64,000 nucleotides of DNA, taken from Tubulanus polymorphus. Its lineage: Eukaryota > Animalia > Nemertea. Positions 1-21,746 of this stretch are shown piece after piece (within the stretch, counting starts at the first letter, position 1; every line of letters begins with the position of its first letter). The position numbers and the translations under genes are program-made. The stretch is from assembly GCF_964204645.1 (NCBI RefSeq), contig NC_134028.1:868001-932000 (forward strand), given 5' to 3'. Below the pieces are notes generated by a model, which saw only the letters and a program-made list of their open reading frames with translations, was not told the origin of the DNA and searched no databases.

Positions 1-194
1 TTATTGAAATGCCATTGCAAAACAAGAACATAAAAACACTGAAACTGAACATTATTCAATTAATGGTAAAAAGCTTTCCTAAAAAGATGTTTTGAGGTAT
101 GCGTTTAAAAGTATCGACGTATTCCCGAATACAATAAAACATTCCATCTCAGCGGGGCGTTATACTTCATTTAGAAAGTAGGCCAGCCTCTTCA

Positions 195-316
195 GGGGCC
201 TGTTGCATAGTCACGGCTTAGATTTAAGACTGGTCTAAGACCAACTAAGTTCTATACTCGATCTTAAGATTTAAGACCACTTTTGGACTTAAGTCACGAC
301 TGTGCAACTGGGCCCA
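195..316. mobile_element. MITE (~120 bp, GGGCC...GGCCC termini), member of a family dispersed through the window
   Basis: Imperfect TIRs GGGCCTGTTGCATAGTCACGGCTTA / TAAGTCACGACTGTGCAACTGGGCCC with internal TTAAGACTGGTCT. Related copies lie near 27236, 33380, 41090, 48424, 51770 and 53010. Confidence 0.7.
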
Positions 317-1205
317 GTAGTCTACCAACTGCGTTCACCATTGAAGGAAATTCACGTTCATTTTATATAATTAAGTTGGTTGATGTTTTGTTTTGTATTT
401 CATTACGTAGTATAACCGTCGGTAAATGGTAAACAAACTTCGTTGCAACCAAGGCTCTGAAAACGACCAGTTTATTTTCATGGCGGCATCATCGCAGCAT
501 AGGAGCAGCGGGGATTTAAATTTTTTGCTATTTAGCTTTCGATCAAGTTTATTCCATATGCCGGGTGTATAAAGGTGACGCTGACTCAGGAACAGCAGTG
601 CAATGTTTGGATTGTTAATCTTAAGCATTTTAGTCAGAGTGAATTCGTGGTTTTATCTGTCAGATTGAAGGTTTTATGTTGAACCGTCGTTTTGTTTCCA
701 ATATCGACAACAAATTCGGCTTTCGTATCTCGTCGACTAACCGAATGCGCTTAACTTCCGAACTATCCTCCGGAATATGGTTCCGATTTACTGAAAATTC
801 GGTTTCGCATAGTTGAACTTAGTTGGAGTCGACTAACTTCAGTAGATAACCGAAGTTGGCCTTTACTGTGGCATGTGAGTATAAAAATTAGTTCACAGAA
901 ATACCGCTGATGATAAACATAGCGGCAGCACTTGACGGTCAAGATCTGACACTGTTCGCCGTTCCTTCTGTGGCATGCGAGATTCCGTACCTCCATAAAG
1001 AATGTTATATTTCATGGCACTAACTCCATATTATCTACTTAGATGCAAAATTGGTGTTTTTTCAATAAGAAAATAATTGAGAATCAAATTCCTATATGAT
1101 TTATGTAACCACAATCGACGTTTCATGAAGAGATTTTAACGGTGGCCGCTACTAAATTGATAACTCATATTTACTTCCGCGTTTGTGAAATATTCGCATC
1201 TAGGG

Positions 1206-4200
1206 CAATCTTAAGACCTGCTGCATATGGCGTCACAAGCCCCGAGGCTTGTCACGCCATATTGGGGCCTGACACGCCATGTGGTAAACGTAAAATGAAA
1301 ATCAAATCCTATGCAGGAGATGAAACGTCGACTAAGTCTCGCGGGTTTTTCTTCCGAAGTTGAAATATTCGGTTGGATATTAATTTAACTTAGATGATTT
1401 ACAACGTATTATATATACATAATAAGAACTACATATTACATCGCATTTACACTAAAATGAGTTTTACAGAATAGAAATTGATCGTTGTTTGTTAATCTAA
1501 TGCAGTGTACACACATTTTGAAACACAATTTAAACAATCATATATTTCGCCAGCATATGAAAAATACAAAAACATTACATATATATCTACTGAATGAGTT
1601 TTACAGAATAAAGATTTTAATTAACTATCTTACATTTCAATGAATCATTCATCTATTTCACATGATTTGTTGATCAATTAGTCTAAGAAGAACATGGATA
1701 ATGTTAGAAAAACATATATGGTGAGCCAGGCTCCAATCTAGTGTGATCTGCAGTCATATGGCTCCTAAAATCGCTAAGCCTTCTACATGGCGTGTCAGGC
1801 CCCAAATGTTCTGCAGCCAATATGGCGTGTCAAGCCCCAAATTGTCTACAGAATAGCTTCAATAATTGAAACATGGTTTGTCGAACGGTTTTCTATGGAA
1901 GCAATTAAATTATATGTTTAGTTTCAATTAGTTATATATTGTTCATGATTTGATAATCACAAAACAAATACTGCTAGAAAAACCGCGATTTGTCTTCTAT
2001 ATGGCGTGTCAAGCCCCGAATATTCTGCAGCCAATATGGCGTATCAGGCCCCAAATGGTCTGCAGAATAGCTTCAATTGAAACATGGCGTGAGAGGATCC
2101 GATCAGTTTTCCTATAATTGTCACTAATTATCATAAATATTCAAAGATTTATCATTCTACATGGTTTGTCAATCATTTAGACTTAGAAAGAAAGCAAATA
2201 TTGTTTCAAAAATAGCTCCTCAAATCACGCTGTCTTTCACATGGCGTGTCAGGCCCCAAATGTTCTGCAGTCAATATGGCGTGTCAGGCCCCAAACGGTC
2301 TGCAGAATAGCTTCAATTGAGACATGGCGTGAGAAGACCCGAACGATTTTCCGTACAAACAAATGAATAATTGTCATTGATTATCATAAATATTCAAAGA
2401 TTTATCATTCTACGTGGATTGTCAATCATTTAGACTCAGAACAAAAGGCAAATATTGTTTCAAAAAGCTCCTAAAATCACGCTGTCTTCTACATGGCGTG
2501 TCAAGCCCCAAACGGTCTGCAGAATAACTTCAATTGAGACATGGCGTGAGAGGACCCGATCGATTTTCCGTACAAACAAATGAATAATTGTCATTAATTA
2601 TCGTAAATATTCAAAGATTTATCATTCTCCGTGGATTGTCAGTCATTTAGACTCAGAAAGAAGGCAAATATTGTTTCAAAAATAGCTCCTCAAATCACGC
2701 TGTCTTTCACATGGCGTGTCAGGCCCCAAATGTTCTGCAGCCAATATGGCGTGTCAGGCCCCAAACGGTCTGCAGAATAGCTTCAATTGAGACATGGCGT
2801 GAGAAGACCCGAACGATTTTCCGTACAAATAAATGAATAATTGTCATTGATTATCATAAATATTCAAAGATTTATCATTCTACGTGGATTGTCAATTATT
2901 TAGACTCAGAACAAAAGGCAAATATTGTTTCAAAAAGCTCCTAAAATCACGCTGTCTTCTACATGGCGTGTCAGGCCCCAAACGGTCTGCAGTCAATATG
3001 GCGTGTCAGGCCCCAAACGATTTTCCGTACAAACAAATGAATAATTGTCATTAATTATCATAAATATTCAAAGATTTATCAGTTTGTCAATCATTTAGAC
3101 TTAGAAAAAAGGCAAATATTGTTTCAAAAAGCTCCTCGAATCACGCTGTCTTCTACATGGCGTGTCAGGCCCCAAATGTTCTGCAGTCAATATGGCGTGT
3201 CAGGCCCCAAACGGTCTGCAGAATAGCTTCAATTGAGACATGGCGTGAGAAGACCCGAATGATTTTCCGTACAAACTAATGAATAATTGTCACTAATTAT
3301 CATAAATATTCAAAGATTTATCATTATACATGGTTTGTCAATCATTTAGACTTAGAAAAAAAGGCAAATATTGTTTCAAAAAGCTCCTCAAATCACGCTG
3401 TCTTTCACATGGCGTGTCAGGCCCCAAATGTTCTGCAGTCAATATGGCGTGTCAGGCCCCAAACGGTCTGCAGAATAGCTTCAATTGAGACATGGCGTGA
3501 GAAGACCCGAACGATTTTCCGTACAAACAAATGAATAATTGTCATTGATTATCATAAATATTCAAAGATTTATCATTCTACGTGGATTGTCAATCATTTA
3601 GACTCAGAACAAAAGGCAAATATTGTTTCAAAAAGCTCCTAAAATCACGCTGTCTTCTACATGGCGTGTCAGGCCCCAAACGGTCTGCAGAATAGCTTCA
3701 ATTGAGACATGGCGTGAGAAGACCCGAACGATTTTTCCGTACAAACAAATGAATAATTGTCACTAATTGTCTTAAATGTTCAAAGATTAATCCTTCTATA
3801 TGATTTGTCAATTATTTAGTCTTAGAAAAAAAGCAAATACTGTTACAAAAAGCTCCTAAAACCACGCTGTCTTCTACATGGCGTGTCAGGCCCCAAAGTG
3901 TTCTGCCGCCAATATGGCGTGAGAGTACGCGATCAGTTTTCTATGGAAGCAATTAATTGTCACTAATCATATCTTTAGTTTCAATTAGTTATATATTGTT
4001 CATAATCATAAAGTCTAAGAAAAAAAACAAATACTGCTAGAAAAATCGCGATTTGTCTTCTATATGGCGTGTCAGGCCCCAAACGGTCTACAGAATATAG
4101 CTTCAATTTACATGGCGTGAGAGGACCCGATCAGTTTTCCGTAGAAATAAATGAAAAATTGTTGACTGATTATCTTAAATTAGTACAATAATCATTAAGT

Positions 4201-4744
4201 CTTAGAAATAGGTTTATAAATCGTTGTTTCTATTTTGTTCATATGTAAAAATATACAAAATCGCTTATGTAAATGTAGCTGATGATCTCCTGATCGTCTC
4301 GCACCATAACGGAAACCTGTAAAAAACATATTCGAAGAATTTTACATAAAAATCTTTCGATATATATGCATCTGAATATAGTTATGAAGTAAAAACGGGA
4401 TATAATTTTCTTTCAAAGTGGTTGCACTGAACGGAATACTACAATATAACGTATAAGTACATATTATATTTAGACAATATTTAGTAAGTATATATTTAGA
4501 CAATAAGTTAAGAAAAAATAGAAATTCATTACACATTGACATACCGGTACTTGAAATTATCTCATTCAGGTTTTACACGTCGTATCGGACTTAAAAACGT
4601 GGTCCGTTCGACGCGAACATATATCTTCGTTCCGCGTGAATTATATATAGTCTGCATTTTACTCGGGGCTTGTGACGCCATGTCAGATATGGCGTGACAA
4701 GCCCCGGGGCTTGTGACGCCATGTTCTGCTGATTCTTAAGATTG
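1206..4744. mobile_element. Non-autonomous TIR element A (~3.5 kb) with internal tandem repeats
   Basis: Left end CAATCTTAAGA..ATGGCGTCACAAGCCCCGAGGCTTGTCACGCCATAT matches the reverse complement of the right end (ATATGGCGTGACAAGCCCCGGGGCTTGTGACGCCAT..TCTTAAGATTG). TTAA occurs at 1211-1214 and 4736-4739. No transposase ORF. Confidence 0.7.
1780..4145 (+). repeat. Complex tandem repeat with ~200-250 bp units, each carrying 2-3 ATGGCGTG(TCAGGCCCCAAA) motifs
   Basis: AAATCACGCTGTCTT recurs at about 2221, 2474, 2691, 2943, 3138, 3389, 3641 and 3859. Confidence 0.9.
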
Positions 4745-5106
4745 ACTTCACTCAATATTCGAGTCATATCAAACTGCAGAGTGCGCACGGGGCCGTGCGC
4801 AGGAGGCCGCGCGCAGGGGGCCGCTTTAATAAAGTGAAAACCACACGATATTATTTACGAAACGGCAATACATATACATAGTAGTATGCGATATGAAACT
4901 ACTCCTACTTCTACCAATTAATCAAATGCATAACCACCATCAACCAGTTTATGATTTTACCATCGAGATGCGCATAAAATGGTACACTAAGAACAGTATA
5001 CAGAGTATATATTATTTATCAAAATACTCCGCCGAATCTACGAATTTTTATCTATCTGCTGCTGCTGCTGGAGAGGCGCGCAGGGGGCCGCGTGAATTTT
5101 TATCTA

Positions 5107-5107
<1 letters not shown>

Positions 5108-5157
<50 letters not shown>
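5108..5157 (+). repeat. (CTG)n microsatellite
   Basis: About 16 uninterrupted CTG units. Confidence 0.95.
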
Positions 5158-5574
5158 ACATGGAGCATAAAATATAAAACTGCGTTATTGACTCCAAGGG
5201 TTTGTCAAAAAGCTTGTTTCTAATAGATTACTTTGCATTTCTGTTAAACCTACTTGATACGGTACATAATTTACTTTTTGATCTACTGTTTCATTGTTAG
5301 GTTGTTGATTAATTGCCCCGCTATATTTCTATTTGATTCTTAACTATTGTATAATTACGCCCTAGTTTGCTCTCATCATTAAGATTTGTTAAGTTTGTAA
5401 CTGTCTTCATGCTGTATATTAGTGTGCATCACATCTTAATCACAGCTTAATTAATCTCTTTGTTTTATACTGTGTAACAGTGTATTAACCCTAGTTTGTA
5501 CCCCTAATTCCATGTGACGTTAGTTTCTTAGATAAAGAATTGCGAAGTTTCAGTACGATGATAGAAAATGACAT

Positions 5575-8500
5575 GGTTTAATAGTTTTACTAAGTTTTAC
5601 TTGTCTTCTGCTGGATAGGTGCGCAGGGGGCCGCGGTTTAATAGTTTTACTAAGTTTTACTTGTCTTCTGCTGGATAGGTGCGCAGGGGGCCGCGGTTTA
5701 ATAGTTTTACTAAGTTTTACTCGTCTTCTGCTGGATAGGTGCGCAGGGGGCCGCGGTTTAATAGTTTTACTAAGTTTTACTCGTCTTCTGCTGGATATGT
5801 GCGCAGGGGGCCGCGGTTTAATAGTTTTACTAAGTTTTACTTGTCTTCTGCTGGATAGGTGCGCAGGGGGCCGCGGTTTAATAGTGTAAATAGTTTTACT
5901 TGTCTACTGCTGGATAGGTGCGCAGGGGGCCGCGTTTTAAAAGTTTTAATAGTTTTACTTGTCTTCTGCTGGATTGGTGCGCAGGGGGCCGCGGTTTAAT
6001 AGTGTAAATAGTTTTACTTGTCTACTGCTGGATAGGTGCGCAGGGGGCCGCGGTTTAATAGTTTTACTAAGTTTTACTCGTCTTCTGCTGGATAGGTGCG
6101 CAGGGGGCCGCGGTTTAATAGTGTAAATAGTTTTACTTGTCTTCTGCTGGATGGGTGCGCAGGGGGCCGCGTTTTAAAAGTTTTAATAGTTTTACTTGTC
6201 TTCTGCTGGATAGGTGCGCAGGGGGCCGCGGTTTAATAGTTTTAATAGTTTTACTTGTCTTCTGCTGGGTGGGTGCGCAGGGGGCCGCGTTTTAAAAGTT
6301 TTAATAGTTTTACTTGTCTTCTGCTGGATAGGTGCGCAGGGGGCCGCGTTTTAAAAGTTTTAATAGTTTTACTTGTCTTCTGCTGGATAGGTGCGCAGGG
6401 GGCCGCGGTTTAATAGTTTTAATAGTTTTACTTGTCTTCTGCTGGATTGGTGCGCAGGGGGCCGCGTTTTAAAAGTTTTAATAGTTTTACTTGTCTTCTG
6501 CTGGATAGGTGCGCAGGGGGCCGCGGTTTAATAGTTTTACTAAGTTTTACTTGTCTACTGCTGGATATGTGCGCAAGGGGCCGCGGTTTAAAAGTTTTAA
6601 TAGTTTTACTTGTCTTCTGCTGGATAGGTGCGCAGGGGGCCGCGTTTTAAAAGTTTTAATAGTTTTACTTGTCTTCTGCTGGATTGGTGCGCAGGGGGCC
6701 GCGTTTTAAAAGTTTTAATAGTTTTACTTGTCTTCTGCTGGATAGGTGCGCAGGGGGCCGCGGTTTAATAGTTTTAATAGTTTTACTTGTCTTCTGCTGG
6801 GTGGGTGCGCAGGGGGCCGCGTTTTAAAAGTTTTAATAGTTTTACTTGTCTTCTGCTGGATAGGTGCGCAGGGGGCCGCGGTTTAATAGTTTTACTAAGT
6901 TTTACTTGTCTACTGCTGGATATGTGCGCAAGGGGCCGCGGTTTAATAGTTTTACTAAGTTTTACTTGTCTACTGCTGGATATGTGCGCAAGGGGCCGCG
7001 GTTTAATAGTTTTACTAAGTTTTACTTGTCTTCTGCTGGATAAGTGCGCAGGGGGCCGCGTTTTAAAAGTTTTAATAGTTTTACTTGTCTTCTGCTGGAT
7101 AGGTGCGCAGGGGGCCGCGTTTTAAAAGTTTTAATAGTTTTACTTGTCTTCTGCTGGATAGGTGCGCAGGGGGCCGCGGTTTAATAGTTTTAATAGTTTT
7201 ACTTGTCTTCTGCTGGGTGGGTGCGCAGGGGGCCGCGTTTTAAAAGTTTTAATAGTTTTACTTGTCTTCTGCTGGATAGGTGCGCAGGGGGCCGCGTTTT
7301 AAAAGTTTTAATAGTTTTACTTGTCTTCTGCTGGATAGGTGCGCAGGGGGCCGCGGTTTAATAGTTTTAATAGTTTTACTTGTCTTCTGCTGGGTGGGTG
7401 CGCAGGGGGCCGCGTTTTAAAAGTTTTAATAGTTTTACTTGTCTTCTGCTGGATAGGTGCGCAGGGGGCCGCGTTTTAAAAGTTTCAATAGTTTTACTTG
7501 TCTTCTGCTGGATAGGTGCGCAGGGGGCCGCGTTTTAAAAGTTTTAATAGTTTTACTTGTCTTCTGCTGGATTGGTGCGCAGGGGGCCGCGTTTTAAAAG
7601 TTTTAATAGTTTTACTTGTCTTCTGCTAGATAGGTGCGCAGGGGGCCGCGGTTTAATAGTGTAAATAGTTTTACTTGTCTTCTGCTGGATGGGTGCGCAG
7701 GGGGCCGCGTTTTAAAAGTTTTAATAGTTTTACTTGTCTTCTGCTGGATAGGTGCGCAGGGGGCCGCGGTTTAATAGTTTTACTTGTCTTCTGCTGGGTG
7801 GGTGCGCAGGGGGCCGCGTTTTAAAAGTTTTAATAGTTTTACTTGTCTTCTGCTGGATAGGTGCGCAGGGGGCCGCGTTTTAAAAGTTTCAATAGTTTTA
7901 CTTGTCTTCTGCTGGATAGGTGCGCAGGGGGCCGCGTTTTAAAAGTTTTAATAGTTTTACTTGTCTTCTGCTGGATTGGTGCGCAGGGGGCCGCGTTTTA
8001 AAAGTTTTAATAGTTTTACTTGTCTTCTGCTGGATAGGTGCGCAGGGGGCCGCGGTTTAATAGTTTTAATAGTTTTACTTGTCTTCTGCTGGATTGGTGC
8101 GCAGGGGGCCGCGTTTTAAAAGTTTTAATAGTTTTACTTGTCTTCTGCTGGATAGGTGCGCAGGGGGCCGCGGTTTAATAGTTTTACTAAGTTTTACTTG
8201 TCTACTGCTGGATATGTGCGCAAGGGGCCGCGGTTTAATAGTTTTACTAAGTTTTACTTGTCTACTGCTGGATATGTGCGCAAGGGGCCGCGGTTTAATA
8301 GTTTTACTAAGTTTTACTTGTCTTCTGCTGGATAGGTGCGCAGGGGGCCGCGTTTTAATAGTGTAAATAGTTTTACTTGTCTGCTGCTGGATAAGTGCGC
8401 AGGGGGCCGCGTTTTAATAGTGTAAATAGTTTTACTTGTCTTCTGCTGGATGGGTGCGCAGGGGGCCGCGTTCTAAAAGTTTTAATAGTTTTACTTGTCT

Positions 8501-9770
8501 TCTGCTGGATAGGTGCGCAGGGGGCCGCGGTTTAATAGTTTTAATAGTTTTACTTGTCTTCTGCTGGGTGGGTGCGCAGGGGGCCGCGTTTTAAAAGTTT
8601 TAATAGTTTTACTTGTCTTCTGCTGGATAGGTGCGCAGGGGGCCGCGTTTTAAAAGTTTTACTAAGTTTTACTTGTCTACTGCTGGATATGTGCGCAAGG
8701 GGCCGCGGTTTAATAGTTTTACTAAGTTTTACTTGTCTACTGCTGGATATGTGCGCAAGGGGCCGCGGTTTAATAGTTTTACTAAGTTTTACTTGTCTTC
8801 TGCTGGATAAGTGCGCAGGGGGCCGCGTTTTAAAAGTTTCAATAGTTTTACTTGTCTTCTGCTGGATAGGTGCGCAGGGGGCCGCGGTTTAATAGTGTAA
8901 ATAGTTTTACTTGTCTTCTGCTGGATGGGTGCGCAGGGGGCCGCGTTCTAAAAGTTTTAATAGTTTTACTTGTCTTCTGCTGGATAGGTGCGCAGGGGGC
9001 CGCGGTTTAATAGTTTTAATAGTTTTACTTGTCTTCTGCTGGGTGGGTGCGCAGGGGGCCGCGTTTTAAAAGTTTTAATAGTTTTACTTGTCTTCTGCTG
9101 GATAGGTGCGCAGGGGGCCGCGTTTTAAAAGTTTTAATAGTTTTACTTGTCTTCTGCTGGATTGGTGCGCAGGGGGCCGCGTTTTAAAAGTTTTAATAGT
9201 TTTACTTGTCTTCTGCTGGATAGGTGCGCAGGGGGCCGCGGTTTAATAGTTTTACCATAGTTTTACTTGTCTACTGCTGGATATGTGCGCAGGGGGCCGC
9301 GTTTTAAAAGTTTTAATAGTTTTACTTGTCTTCTGCTGGATAGGTGCGCAGGGGGCCGCGGTTTAATAGTTTTACTAAGTTTTACTTGTCTACTGCTGGA
9401 TATGTGCGCAAGGGGCCGCGGTTTAATAGTTTTACTAAGTTTTACTTGTCTTCTGCTGGATAGGTGCGCAGGGGGCCGCGGTTTAATAGTTTTACTAAGT
9501 TTTACTTGTCTTCTGCTGGATAGGTGCGCAGGGGGCCGCGTTTTAATAGTGTAAATAGTTTTACTTGTCTTCTGCTGGATAGGTGCGCAGGGGGCCGCGT
9601 TTTAAAAGTTTTAATAGTTTTACTTGTCTTCTGCTAGATAGGTGCGCAGGGGGCCGCGTTTTAATAGTGTAAATAGTTTTACTTGTCTTCTGCTAGATAT
9701 GCGCGCAGGGGGCCGCGTTTTAATAGCGTAGATAGTTATACTTGTCTTCTGCTAGATAGGTGCGCAGGGT
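5575..9770 (+). repeat. Satellite array of 59/60-bp units (~70 copies)
   Basis: Unit TAGTTTTACTTGTCTTCTGCTGGATAGGTGCGCAGGGGGCCGCGTTTTAAAAGTTTTAA, with a 60-bp variant containing TTTTACTAAG. Confidence 0.98.
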
Positions 9771-10769
9771 TAGGGTTAAATTTAATTTCCTGATGATTCA
9801 TTTCAGCTTATCCAGTTATTATTCGAATGACGTTTTACACAAGGAAGCTCTCGTCTACATCGTTAGCATTTACAATGGACTACCTTATGAAAACAGTGAC
9901 GCAATATGCCGACGGACTGAAGCAAAGTCGTTAGTTGACGTATATAATCTATTTCGAAAATATTACGGTACAGATTAAGAATATTGAAATCGGAAATCAA
10001 GCGATCTATAATATCCATATGTATAAATATTTTATTAAGTCTGTGATCTATAAAATCAAGCGATCTATAAAATCCAGTACAACAAGATACGTGAGCTTCA
10101 ATTTACATGCATGAATATTTAAGTCAGTGATGTGTATGTATTATCGTTATTATGCTATTACCAATTATCGAGCCGCCTCTGATACTTATGATGTTTAAGT
10201 GTCAATCGAATATGTATGTCAAATAAATAAATGAACAGTGAAACTCGCATTTTCTCAGCTTTCATCTTATTTTGGACGACTATTTTTTGCTGTTGAAAAA
10301 CGACGACATGGTGAATGGGAAATTCAGGAGTTTAAAAAACCGAGTTATGTACGTAGAGGACGGCCCCCGGCGCGATTGACCTTAATTTTCATAGTAACAA
10401 TATCAATCCTATATTTACGATTTTGAATTACATGATTAAGCATATATAAAAGTTCTAGCTCAAAAATCAAAATTAAATCAGCTTAATTGTTTTTTCTATT
10501 TAAAAAAGCGAGTTAAAATAAATTTCTGCATTATTGCTAAAAAATCATCGTTTCGTCTAGCATCACATACCAGTTCTCACTTTACAATACCCGGCCCCCT
10601 GCGCACCCATTGAGCGCAGGGGGCCGCAGCGGCCCCCTGCGCACTCTGCAGACAGACCCCATTCAAATATTCAAGAAATTTCAGGTTTTTATCGAATTCT
10701 GTCAAAATAAGCGGCGTTTATCGGTGTTAATCCTCATGAGGCTGAAGTGTGGAAGATTGTGAGTTGATA

Positions 10770-20452
<9,683 letters not shown>

Positions 20453-20847
20453 ATCGTTGAACTGTTTTCATCGCTGCATTCGACATTTCTCACGTGATAT
20501 CTAGATAAACATGTGCTAACATTACAATGAAATTATCTCAAAAAACGATTTATGTAAAGTTCGTTTATATTGTCTTTAGTATTACAAACATATTGATTGA
20601 TTGCTGGGCATTATCAAACTACATTTCTACAAGTCATAACTTATAGCTTATAACATATCCAGAAATAGAAACATAGTTTCACCTTTCAGCGACCTCATTA
20701 AACATACGTTAATTAATATTCTTCCTGTATTCAATTTAACTGAAAGTTAACTTGTAAATATACATATTGTATATGATGATTTTTACTGCCTCCTATTGGA
20801 TATACAAGATAAAATAAAAGTTAATTATTATTTATTCAAAACTCCAT

Positions 20848-21100
20848 GAGATGGAAGCCGATAGTATTGAGATATATTAGATAGAAGCCGGTAGTGTTCG
20901 GTAGTATTGAGATATTCTAGATGGAAACTGTTAGTGTTGAGATATTCTAGATAGACGCCGCTACTGTTGAGAGAAGCCGGTAGTGTTGAGATATTCTAGA
21001 TAGACGCCGCCGCTACTGTTGAGAGAAGCCGGTAGTGTTGAGATATTCTAGATAGACGCCGCCGCTACTGTTGAGAGAAACCGGTAGTGTTGAGATATTC
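20848..21100 (+). repeat. Degenerate tandem repeat in the USP31 3' region
   Basis: GAAGCCGGTAGTGTTGAGATATTCTAGATAGACGCCG units. Confidence 0.85.
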
Positions 21101-21633
21101 ACATGGATATCGTATAACTATTAAATCAAAGGTTCCAATTTTTTTTCTTATTTATGAATTAAAACTTTGCTGTTATTATTATTATAATAAACGCAGCATT
21201 GTTGAATTATTTGCGTCATATCAAAATTATAAATATAATCATGGGTTGATAATGTATCAGTTTGATTACAAGATTTCTTATATATTGTAATTTATGTCAT
21301 TGTTTTATATACATTGTAGTTGTACTCATTATGTTAAACATATCTTTTTGCATATCTCTATCCATAGTTTATACTTTATATACAATTCCAGTCCTAATCA
21401 ATGCAATTAAGGCACCCCCCTCACCTCCCCTTACCTTCCCTCCATGTATGAGTACAAATGTAATGATAGACCCCTTACTGGATTGTGCAATAACGCTGAC
21501 GCTGACACCGCGACGCTATTCATTGATGAAAAGTTTCAGACAGTTTCAGTTGAAATCGTAGTTAACTATTCTAATTATTAAACATTTCTACTGTCCTGGT
21601 TTCCGTTGATATTTATACAAGTTAAGGTACATA

Positions 21634-21746
21634 GCAGGTCAACTGTGGCCAAACCTAGGATTGTAATGGATCAATCAGAGGGTAGTGTTATGATAAAATC
21701 AATGTTTACCGTTAACAGGTGTTTGTTTGATAAGCACTCAATCACA
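21634..21746 (+). repeat. 113-bp direct repeat, copy 1 (copy 2 at 23402-23514)
   Basis: GCAGGTCAACTGTGGCCAAACCTAGG...AAGCACTCAATCACA is near-identical at both sites. Confidence 0.9.

Larger units (their letters stand above)
4774..10651. mobile_element. Non-autonomous TIR element B (~5.9 kb) enclosing a satellite array
   Basis: 4774-4795 CTGCAGAGTGCGCACGGGGCCG matches the reverse complement of 10630-10651 (CTGCAGAGTGCGCAGGGGGCCG) at 21/22 positions. Extra subterminal GCGCAGGGGGCCGC copies sit at both ends. No transposase ORF. Confidence 0.7.

Noticed and set aside
4893-5177. Poly-Cys ORF
   Set aside because: It is a translation of the CTG microsatellite.
6432-9554. Repetitive ORFs (CAGGRGLIVLLSFTCLLLD) in the satellite
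   Set aside because: They are by-products of stop-free 60-bp units, broken by 59-bp units, with no splice or domain support.
5575-9770. CRISPR-like regular repeat array
   Set aside because: There are no unique spacers and no cas genes, and the context is eukaryotic. It is a tandem satellite.
10749-10769. GTG/TTG starts used by the ORF track
   Set aside because: These reflect a bacterial start table. The eukaryotic gene models here use ATG and splice acceptors.
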